The position numbers and the translations under genes are program-made. A stretch of DNA of 64,000 bases, from NCBI GenBank assembly GCA_001179505.1, contig CDMY01001057.1:153122-217121 (forward strand), in the 5' to 3' direction. This DNA is from Vitrella brassicaformis CCMP3155. Lineage: Eukaryota; Protista; Chromerida. Shown here one piece after another: positions 22,745-33,600 of this stretch. The notes beneath the pieces were generated by a model, which was not told the origin of the DNA, did no database searches, and was given only the letters and a program-made list of their open reading frames with translations. Each line of letters opens with the position of its first letter. The first letter of the stretch is position 1.

Positions 22745-23953
22745 GATAGAGTGGGATCGCAGGAGGGCAATGACGTCCAAGTTCACCCTGTGTCTGGAGT
22801 ATGGGGCCCCGAGGAGCTGACAGGACTGAGCGGGACTGTCGACGATCAGACTGATGAGGAGGCTGGCGGAGGCGGGGAGCGGGATAGCCCCTCCATCCTC
22901 GAGCAGTGGTTCCCCCAGTTGTTCGCCAGCAAGCGCCCCGAGGTCATCGCTGTCGGCCCGCCTCTCATTGGCCCCAAGACGGCCGACAAGGCCAACCTCA
23001 TGACGGGTCCGACGGGCGAGGGGGACACACCCAGGATGATGGACGACACCATGGCACCCCTCTCGGCCGGATCCTCGTCAGCCGCCGGCGGGACATCCTC
23101 ACCCTCGAATCGCTCGCCGCCTTCTGTGCCGGCACACGGCTTCGTTCGCGCCGACTCGCAGCCGATCGAGATGTTCGACGGCAGCACTACGCCTGACGCG
23201 GCGGGCGGGGACCAGCTCAAGGGCGGGCAGCGGGCGTTCTCGTCCCTGGCAGCCCCGTTCGTGCCGTCAATGTCAATGTCGATGTCGTCCATCAAGCCGC
23301 TGGAGCCGCCTCACATCTTTCCCTCTGGCGGGGCGGATGGTGGCGCACCGTTCCTCAAACCGTTCCTCAACCACACACACGACGGCCCGGCCCCCCCGCC
23401 CCCACATGTGCCGCAGCCAAGCGCGATTTTTCCATCGCTGTTGATATATAGCATGGCCTGGTTTGGTTTGGTTTGTCGACAGTTTCTGAGGCCGTCAGTG
23501 GCGGTGAGGATCGATGGGTGGACGGGAGAGGGCGCCCCGCAAGCCGGGCGACTGGTGGAACTTCAGGCCTGAACACGCCATCCCACATGGAGGTACGTAT
23601 GCGTGTCACTCATCCGGGACCGTCGGATGGATGGATGGATGGATGTGTTGTGTTGGTGGTGTGGTTGGCGTCATGCAGCTTTGTCGTTTGGTCTGGTCAA
23701 GGAGCAGCTCGTGCCATGGATCAGGCATTTCGTGCCGTCGTATCCCGGCAAGGTGCTCAAGCGGCTGCGGTCTCAGCGCTTCCCGAGCGATGTGATCGCC
23801 TTCTTCGGTCCAATCGATGGTGCTGACCTGTCCATCCGCAACGGGCAGCTGCGGCACCAAGCTGCACGGCACGAGCAGATGACGTCTCTCAACAGGACAA
23901 CCGCTGTCGTGCCCGAGACTGTGGGGTACCGGCGAGAAGCGGACCAAAGATGA
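22745..23953 (+). CDS. Hypothetical, possibly degenerate multi-exon coding region (Ser/Pro/Gly-rich exon followed by a globular-looking exon)
   Basis: 273-aa open frame after a (GT)n...ag acceptor at ~22744; later exon LVKEQLVPWIRHFVPSYPGKVLKRLRSQRFPSDVIAFFGPIDG; upstream coding-like sequence at 22390-22460 has a stop; no family recognised. Confidence 0.35.
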
Positions 23954-24223
23954 GATGGATGTATGTAATGCAGAGGCCATACGGACCCCCACGAGAAAGG
24001 GACGCGAGCTTTGTTGGATCGTCTCCCCGAATGAAAACAACAAACAACTCTTTGCCTTGATGATCAATATGGCAAGGAGCATCGCGTTCGTTGGGGGCGC
24101 TGAGCCTCGTGTGCGTTCTCATCTTCTGACTACTAGTGCCTCCACCATTCATGAGATGCATCTGCGTGTTGTTGGCATGCTACAGCATCCTGGCCTGTAT
24201 ATGTATTCAGCACTCATCGTTCT

Positions 24224-24612
24224 CAAAGACCTATATGGCTTCCAGCTCAAGGAGGACGGCAGCGCACTTATCATGATCTACGACAGCGAAATGTTCGATC
24301 TCTCTGGCGTCGTCGACGGAGGCAAGAAGGAGGCCAGAGTCGCGGGGGCTATTGTGCAAGAGATTGACCCACAGGGCAACGTGGTAAGTAAGCCACACAC
24401 ACCAGAGAGAGAGAGAGAGAGAGAGTCGGGGCCTTGCACACGAGTCGTGTGTCTCTCTGGTGTGGTTGTATGTTTGTGTTTGCCAGGTCTTTGAGTGGCG
24501 CAGCTGGGACGGCTACACGTGGCAGTTCAGGGTGACCAAGAAGAGCCTGGACACCTTCCGCAAGGACCGCCGGGAGGGTGAGATCGTCAGATCGACAGGC
24601 GGAGTGATAGAG
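24224..24612 (+). pseudogene. Arylsulfotransferase (ASST)-like fragment, two exons
   Basis: DLYGFQLKEDGSALIMIYD...DLSGVVDGG...AIVQEIDPQGNV|VFEWRSWD matches the ASST pattern D.HEF...G..L...Y...DLS..GG...IVQEID..G.V.FEW.S.DH; intron 24384-24486; the rest of the enzyme is not seen. Confidence 0.55.
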
Positions 24613-26446
24613 GTATGTACGTATACACAGTGTTGTCTATCCATGTGTGTGCGTGTCTGTGTGTGTGCGTGTTGTGTAGGGTGACGCCAGTGATTGGGTG
24701 AGGCCTCCAACCACTCAATCATCCAGCTCGACGCTCCAGTCGGCCCGACGACGGGGGTAGTGGCCGTGTCTCCATGTCTCTGTGTCTCTGTCCGTGTCAG
24801 GGATCGCTGCCTTCATTTTATATCTGCGGAGACCTCAACAACGCCAACTCGCCACTGAGTCCTCACTCGTCGATCTGCCTGTAGGTCTGTAGGTCTGTCT
24901 GTCTGTCTGCCTGTATGTCTTCTTGCGCTGTGTCCTTTGCAGGCTTCATGGCACATTCTCACCTGAGCTGACGGCCCAAGGCTCGGCCCTCAGTACGCGA
25001 GCGTCAGCGACCAGATGAGTGGACAAAGCTGCTCGAGCGGCGTTGCGTGCCTTGCAAGACAGAGGTCCATCACCGTCATGGACTCGTCCTTCACCGGCGG
25101 GAGCGGATGAAAGCAGGCAGTTGGCCAGCGTTCATTGGATGGAGACTCTGTGTCATCTGTAAAGGTGGGTGTCGATGTCGTATCGCTCTCCGCCGGTGGC
25201 TGCGGTGCGGTGCGGGTGCATTTCTGTCGATGGCTGCACTGATGTATGAGAGCGAAGAAACGTTTGTCAGGGGTGCATGTGCGTGTTCTGTCCGGGTGTG
25301 GGGAGTGAGGTAAGCTAAGCGATGACCGTCAATGAACGACATACCATTGATTGAAGGGAGTCATATGCCTGGATGCATTGATAAAGTGCACTCAAAAGAG
25401 CAATGCGATCGATGCACACACACACCACCCCCACACAGCGACAAAGAAACCAGTACATCCAGCCATCCATCCAGCAGCCACCCCCAAACAGCCACCCCAA
25501 TCTTTTTGGCTCGGCCTTGCGTCGCTCGCAACAGAAGTGCTAACAGGAACGATCGGCGGTTCTCCTTCAGATGATGGACATGGAAGCCCTCGACCCACAG
25601 CCAGCGACGAAAAAGGCTCGCAGGGCCCTGTGACGCTCTGTCCTTTCGTCGTCTGCCGTTGGCCGAGGTACATCCGTGTCCGTCGTCAAGACAAGAAAGG
25701 AGAAACAGACGAGTGAGTCAAGCAAACCAGGTGGTGGCAGTGCCAGTGCGCCTCAAGCTTGATGCATGCAGCATACGTGTGGATGTCCCCACAAAGCTGC
25801 CCGCCGCCCGCCTGCCTGCCCTCTCTCACCACCCGTCAATCAACACTCACAAAAACGGCCCCCTTCGTCGCTGAGAGACTCATTGCTGCACTGCACCACA
25901 CACCATGCCCCGCCCCCACATCCGCCACATACACACAGACACGCACATGCGTTCGAGAAAGACGTCCATATGCACAGAGAGATGACGAGATAGAGACATC
26001 CCGGCGGTTGGTGGGTTATCCATCGGTCGGTCCCTCGAATAAAGGAAAGGACATACGCACACACGATGTCCCATGGTGCAGCCAGGGAGGCAGGGAGGCA
26101 GGCAGGATGGGCATGTGAGAGCAGCGGAAAAAATCGCAGGCACGCAATCAATAAGGTAACTCGACGCGAAAAAGGAGCCCCCTCCGCACGCACGCACACC
26201 AAACCATACCTTACAAACACACTCAGCCATCCTTTCACTCACTCACTCACTCGGCATGAATACATTTGACATATACAGTGCCCTCCCCTCCTCCCCATGG
26301 CATGCAGAAATGAACGGTTTGGTGCCACATAACAAGCGTTATCCATCCATCCATCATGTGTGTCGGTCGTGTGTCAGTCAGGTGAGGAGACAGTGAGTGA
26401 GGGAGTCAGTCGAGCAAGCGAGCGAGTCAGCGAGTGAGGGTGTGGG

Positions 26447-27132
26447 TCAGTTGGGGTCGTAGGTGGCCTGCTGCTGTTCGTGGCAAAAGGAGTAGTAGCA
26501 CATGTCGTGACACAACCGCTGAGCAGCGTGAATCGACTCGGCGGTGCCTGCACACACACACAGAACAACAAAGACAGTCCTTTCCCTCCCTCCCTCTCTT
26601 GACATGTGTCCGTGTGCTTGTGTGTGGTGTGCGTGCGGTGCGTACCTCTTAGCCTGATCCAGTAGAGGTGTGGCGCTGATCGGTCGGGCTTCAGGGGAGG
26701 GGCGATGTGACACGTCTGCACCAATGTCTGCAATGCAGATCGACAACACGCACACATCGTCCGTCATCCACACCATGCAGTGGTAGTAGTAAATGGTGTG
26801 GGTCACGTCAGTCACGTACCTTAATGGTGTCGTGGTATTCCTGCAAGATCTCGAGCTGCGTCCTCGACACGAGCAGCTCCACACACTCGGACGAACGGTC
26901 ACTCACAACACCTGACAGTGACATACACACACACATACAAAAATGTATAACATGACAATTAGAAGAGACAACAAAGCACGCAAATGAGCGGTGTCGGCAA
27001 GCACACCAGTCTGATCAGAGCAGCTCAGCTGCCAGGCTGCACTTCTGTCTGAGCATCATCTTTGCATTGGCAGCGTCGCTGACTGTCAATGACACTGTCC
27101 TCCCCTTCCTCACCATCGGTGGGTGTGGCCAT
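26447..27132 (-). CDS. Small hypothetical protein, possible degenerate KH-like fold
   Basis: In-frame spliced exons VELLVSRTQLEILQEYHDTIK|TLVQTCHIAPPLKPDRSAPHLYWIRLR|GTAESIHAAQRLCHDMCYYS...*; IRLRGTAESIHAAQRL resembles a KH C-terminus; no GxxG; first exon uncertain. Confidence 0.4.
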
Positions 27133-27452
27133 TCGCCGCAGCAGGAATCCTTGGCGAGAGCGTGTGCGCCCAGGCGTCGCACCAGCCTCCATCGTGGCGA
27201 GTCGAGGGAGCGCGGCGGATCACGCGCCACGGGAAACTGATTACATACGTCGAAAGCCGCAGCGCGAGCGGAGAGGGGAGAAGGGAATGAAGAGGGAGCG
27301 GCGCGGCGAGAAGAAGATGCGAGCTTGGAATCTGGCGACTTAGCTCGCAAGTTGAGAGCGGCAAAAGTGGGAGCCGGCAAGAGCCTCATCAAAGCGGCTG
27401 CAAGGCTGCAGATCAGCAGGTAAAAAACCTCGAGAGATCAGGTGCTCCGATC

Positions 27453-27515
27453 TGCCACTCGCGGCATGTGTGTCATGTGCCTGCAGCACGGCACTGCCCG
27501 ATCTGCCGTTCAATC
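27453..27515 (+). pseudogene. Possible frameshifted RING-finger remnant
   Basis: CH.. (shift) GMCVMCLQ (shift) RHCPICRSI in overlapping frames; very short. Confidence 0.25.
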
Positions 27516-27678
27516 GTCGTGTGTGCGCTTGTGTGGACTGTGCAGGTGTTTGAAGGCCGGCCAGCGGTTGGCTCCGCCACTCTGCGTGTTAGAGCGTCCG
27601 ACCGCCAGACCTTGTCAGTCAGCGTGATGGTGTTAGTGTGCCGGCATAGGTGACCAGGAGTGGGTGGATTGGTTCAGG

Positions 27679-30600
27679 ATGGGTCGCCGGTCTCGTCAGC
27701 AGGGCCGCTCGTCGCGCGGCACATCCCAGACACGAGTCGGTACCACATCCCCCGTGCGACGCAGGAAGGACAAAGACGGAGGGGGACCTGCAGGCGACAC
27801 CACCACCAGCCGGAAGGACAGGGACCGCGACAGAGAGAGGAGCAGAGATCCAAAGGGCGGCAGCAGCAGTGGTGGCACCACAGCAGCCAATGCCAGCCCG
27901 GCTGCTGGGGGGGGTGGGGGTGGTCCGCCAGCCACGCGGGAGAAGACTCCCAGCAAGGCATCAGCGGCAGCGGTGGACGGCAAGACCCGCAGTGATCCGC
28001 CCAAGGTGGGCAGCGCCGCCCCAGGTCCTGTGGTGTGTGTGCCCACCAGCACACGTGACGTGTCGCCCGACCGTCAGAGTGCTGTCTCGGTGGCGTCCAT
28101 GTCCGAGTCCCTCCTACTCGCAAAGGCCGCCTCGTCAGACATCGTACAGCGCATCACTCGAGGCCGGGACGAGCTACGTGTGGTGAGGCTGGACCCTCGA
28201 CTGCTGGGCCTCCTCAAGGAGCGACAGACGGCCGCCACCTGCCCGGTGCTTCAAGAGACCAGCTCGTCCAGCACATCCACATCGTCGTCTTTGCCACCGT
28301 TTTCGTCAGCTCAGGAGGAGCTGCACGCTTTCCACCTGACGCTGTACACGCTGTTGGCGCAGGCGTCCAAGTGCACGAGCAACTGGCTGGCGCCGCCCGA
28401 GAGCGTCGACAAGGATCTGTTCAACCAGATCGGCGGGTGGAGGAGCCTCGTCCTCAAGATACACCAGCTGCTGGCCAACATCATCGGCGGGCCGGAGAGG
28501 AAGAGAACCACCAGCGAGAGCTGTGGAATTGGCGGGCAGGACGAGGGGGCGGTGGCTGGGGCGGGCAGGGGGGCCACACCGACACCGGCAGCATCTGAGT
28601 CAGCTGCCGGCAACAAGGAGAGCAGCAGCAGCAGCACCGCTGCCCCGGCCAGCAGTGTGTCGACGACGTCGCTCAAGGACTGGAACTTGCTCAACGAGCA
28701 GGGTCATCAGAAGGATGGAGGGTTCGTTAACGACACCGACTCCTTGACCAACTCGGTGTTGCTCCACCAGAGCACGGCCTCCACGGCCGTCCGCAGCGAC
28801 ACGAGCAGCGACGGCAAGGAGGGGCCGCGGAAGAGCGAGGCCGACACCAAGGGCAAGAGCGACGCGGGCGAGACCCTCCCACCCACATCGTCAGACACCA
28901 CGACGGTCCGCAAGGACTCCAACATGCCCGGCCTGTCGCTGCGACAGACCAACACCCTCGAGACGCTCTCCCTCTGCCGCACTCTAGAGAAGCTCGGCAA
29001 CGAGCTGGACCTCAGCCTCTCGCCTATGGCCAAAGGCGAGAGTCCCCTCAACAAGGACCCTACTAAGACCACCAGCAGCGGCAGCAACAACCACACGAGC
29101 TACAAGGGGCAGGACAACAACGACATCCTGCTGCCATACCGCCCCCTGTCGCTGCCCGTCCACGTGTACGTGTCGCTTCAGCCGGCCTCGTGGAATGCTG
29201 TGTCGCTCGACTCACCCAGGGACGTCTATGCAGCAGTGGGAGAGAAGACCGGTGCAGCCGAGGAGTCACACCCCACCACCACCGCCGCCCCGTCATCATC
29301 GGGTCCATTCACGATCGGCGATGACGACCGCAGCGAGGCGGCCAACGAGGAGGCCACCCAGGCAAAGGCCAACGAGAAGAAGACCACATCCCCGCTCCGC
29401 CTCAGCTTCGACTTCAAGTCCCTACACACGCTCCTTGACGGCGCCGTGTCGGCCAAGGACAAGTCCAAGGACAAGGCGGCCGCCAACCAGCCCACATCGG
29501 CATCGTCCGCCACCACCAAGGACGGCTCGGCCAGCGGCCCCTCCGAGGGCACCCTCACACACAAGCGTGGCGGCATCCTGGGTTTCACGATCGAGTGGGA
29601 TTCGTCCAAGCGCATCGTGTTTGCCACCGTTGACCTGGACATCCTGTGGTTCTGTCTGTCGAGCGCCGGTCGGTTCGACCCCTACATGCAGGCGGCCCTC
29701 TGCTGGCTGCTCCGACCCGTGAGGGACGCCTCGGTGCTGCGGGTGTCGCCGCCGCCCATTCTTGCGTCGAGCTGGGAGATGTGCCGCACGGTGGCCGCGC
29801 ACGGCCTGCGGATCCACCGGGACTCGCGAGACAAGTACCGGCTGAATGCCGAGCAGTACGAGTGGTACCTCACACTGCTCACCAGCGGAGGTGAGCACAA
29901 GGATGGGATGCAGGGGGGTGCTGTGCGTCGGGACGTGAGGGATGTCTTGGTGTGGATGTGTGTTTGGTCAGGCGTTGAGGCCGTGCAGGACACTCTGGGT
30001 GACATTGAGGAATGCATCTGGCACGGCCACTTCACGCCATTTGACGCCATGGTCAGTCAGACACGCGACAACACATTCATCTCTCACTCACGGACCTTCC
30101 CCTCCTTCATCTGTGTGAACGGTTGTGCTGTGGTCCCTCTGTCTGTTGCAGAGTCGCAAGCTGTTGGAGCGCATTCTGGTGTCGCTGATCGGACACCATG
30201 AAGTTGACATCAGGCAAGGAAGGACACAACCCCCCACAGCACCTGAAGCGCAGCAGCGGACAGGCGGACGGACATCGTGTGTTGTATGGTATGTTCATTG
30301 ATTTGTTCCTGCAGGAGCCAGGCGGTGGTCCTGCTCAACATGTTCTACGACGGAACAGACTGGCAACACCAGGTGCGGTGCGCACAGACAGCACTCACAC
30401 ACAGAGGGCAAGAGCGAGACACACGGCAAGCACCTGGCATGCCCCCCCTCCTTGCTTGTCTGTCAGGTTGCATTCACCCCTATCATCCGGTCGGTGGGCG
30501 ACCCCTTCGAGATAGAGTTCATCATCGAGGACGACACCGAGGGCGTCTTCCTACAACTCGCCGCACCCTCATTCAACCGCCTCTCGCCCTACCGAGTCGT

Positions 30601-33600
30601 CACCCTCCACACGCCCACATGGACGCTCATGTCGCCCACTCCTGAGGCAGCCGAGGGCGAGCAGGCAGGATCATCGTCGGCTGTGAAGGGCCGGTGGAAG
30701 GGTCGAGTCAACTTCGGCACGCTGAAGCGGTGTGGTTTCTATGACTGGCGGGTGGTACGGGCGTCGGTGGAGCGGGGCACATGGGAGGTCGTACACAAGG
30801 TACGGTACGCAGGCAGGCGGCAGGGGAGAGAAGGTGCGGTTCTTTCCTCATTTTGTACCTCTCTCCCGCTCGTGTGTGTGTGTGTCTGTGTGTGTGTGTG
30901 CCAGACTCGCCGGCAGCAGCGAACCAACAGCGCGAAGGACCTGTCGACTCTCCAAGCCAGGGGAGACGCCCCACCAACACCGCCAGGTATGTCGCTGCCC
31001 GTTGCCCCCTCCCCATTGCCGTGATCGTGCACTGCTGATCTCTCTCTCTCTCATCTATGTGTGTTTGTGTGTGTTGATCGCACAGACTTTGACGATGAGA
31101 TCTCCAAGTCGTTCCCACTGCAAGGCCGCTGGATCGTCCAGAGGGCCCACATGGACTCGGAACAAATGCACGAAGTCTTCGTCGACGGCAAGCGGGCAGC
31201 ACTCGACCATGAAACTGGTACACACACACACACACGGACACGAACGATTGCGAATCTCTCACAATACATGCGTGATATGTCTTGTCTCAACAGGTGAGCT
31301 GCTGTCCCGCGGCAGTTTCGCCACCGTTACACCTGCCCTGGACGGCCTGCGCAAGAGCGGCATAACGACACTTTACCTCATGGGCGCGCTTTCACGCGAC
31401 AACGGGCAGCCGCACTACACCAACTCGGGAGACGTCGTGTACCCCAGACCTGACGCTTCTCCGTTCGCCGTGACGTGCCGCGCCACGCCCAACAGCATGT
31501 TGGGCGGCCCTGGAGGCTTCCTGGACCTCATGCGGGAGGCCAAGAAGGTCGGCATCAAGATCGTCGTCGACAGCCTGTCCAGGATCGCATCAAGCAGGTG
31601 GGCAGAGTGTTGGGAGGACGGCATACAATGTGTTTGTTGTGTGGACACTCTTCCTTCGTGTGTGTGGTGTGGTGTTTGGTGCAGGGCTCACCGTCGGTAT
31701 GGTCCCCATCTGCTGTACACCCTCGACGACAACGGCAAGAAAGTCATGCTATACGGAACCGACGGCAGGTCAGCCAAAGACGATACAACAAAAGACGACT
31801 GATGGGGCGTGAAATCATGATTGTTGGTCTCCTTTCGTTTCGTGGGTGCCCGATACGTGTAGGTCGGTGTCGTATGAGGACACGGCGATGCTCAACTACC
31901 GCAAGGTGGAGACGTGGGACCTGCTGGTGGACGACATCAAGGCATGGGCCGCACGATACGGCATCGACGGCGTCCGACTCGACAACGCACAGGCATGGCC
32001 GCAGATCATGCAGGCTGACCTCGAGGAGCTCGGACGGGAGGACCCCGACGGACAGCCGCACTACAGACCACAAGACATACTCGATGCAGAGGTCAGTCAC
32101 CCAACAATAAGGGCAACTGATGTCCGTCGAGCGGTCGTCTCATTGTGTGTGGGGGGGTGTTTGTGTGTTCAGATTGTGTTGCCGATAGAGGTCGGTGCCG
32201 GTTTCTGGGACACGTTGGCGGTGCAGAAGGGCCGGTGGCCCAACCCGCTGTTCGTCAAGCTGTGCAACGAGATGTGGTCCTACTTCCCCGACTTCCTCGT
32301 CATTGGAGAGTGCTGGGAGGGACCTGGTATATATGCCCCGCCATCCATTCACACACTATCGCCTTTATCCATGGGTCGGTCTGTCTGTCCATTTCAAATC
32401 AGGTCTCGAGGACCGCAAGGGCGTGTTGAGCACATCAGGTGTGGTGCCCCACGTGCACCAGCTGCCGCTCACTCTCTCGCGCCTCTTCGGCCGACACATC
32501 GAGGCCGACGGACAAATCACAGACGGGCACAGACCTGAGACCGTCGCATCACTCAAGGTACTACTCACATACACAAGCAGATACACAGACGTGAGAGATG
32601 GGCCGCTGATGGACGTCACCTACCTGCTCTGTTTCTATCGCTCAGCGCTGGCTGGACGACTCTCACTACGGTCTGCCCGACGGCGCCTTCTGCATTCAGG
32701 GCTCCACCAGCCCGTCGTCGCCCTACCCGGCCCTGCTGTACGGCCGGGGTGCCTGGCCTGCAGTGGACCTGCTCTTCTTCCTCCCAGACATCCCCATGAC
32801 CCTCTTCGGAGAAATGGCCGGAAGAAGCTTCAGGTCAGTCAGTCAGTCAGTCAGGCGTATATACATCTGACTGACGCCTCTCCATTTCTCTCAATGCATC
32901 ATTTACCGTCCTCTCTTGCATATATCCAGGCTCGATGTGACGAACGTGTTCCAGTCCCACAGTCTGCAGCGGCAGCTGTCCATGGGCCAGCTGTCCCCGC
33001 CCCTCGAGCCAGGCTCAGACAAGCGCTCCGAGCTGCGTCGTGGCGCCGGCGGGCACAGCTACAACCGCAGCAACAGCTCCATCCTGCCCCACACAGGCAC
33101 CACCAGGAACCGCGGCACCAGCCTCACACGCACTGGCTCATCCGAGAAGTTCGACCTTCTGCGGCTCCGCTCGTCCAAGTCTCAGCTCAACTTGCAGGAG
33201 AGTGGAGGCAGCGGGCTCAACCAGTACGGTGCCCGCGACCGCGGTGCCACAGGTGCCATGCAGGGAGGGCTGCCGTCACAGAGTGGCGCGGAGGCGCTGC
33301 GGCCTTTGACGCGTGTGCGGTCGCTCAACTCGCTGGAGCAGCTGAGTGCGCTGCCTCATCTGGAGGAGGAGCACAAGCGGAAGGTGCTGGGCGACTCGGC
33401 CCCTGCTGACAGCGATGGTGGGCCGGGCGGGGGGTGGCTGGACGCCGCTATGAGCGGTATATTCGACCTGAGGCGGATCCGCCAGCACTACGACCACAGG
33501 CGATACCTGCGACACAAATGGCCGCTGTTCAGACAGGTGACAGAGGGACCAGACAGCGGCACACACGCACGCACAGAGCCCACTAACCTGCTCCGTGTGT

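Noticed and set aside
23230-23270. PAM2-like motif (FSSLAAPFVP)
   Set aside because: Weak match in a low-complexity ORF of uncertain status.
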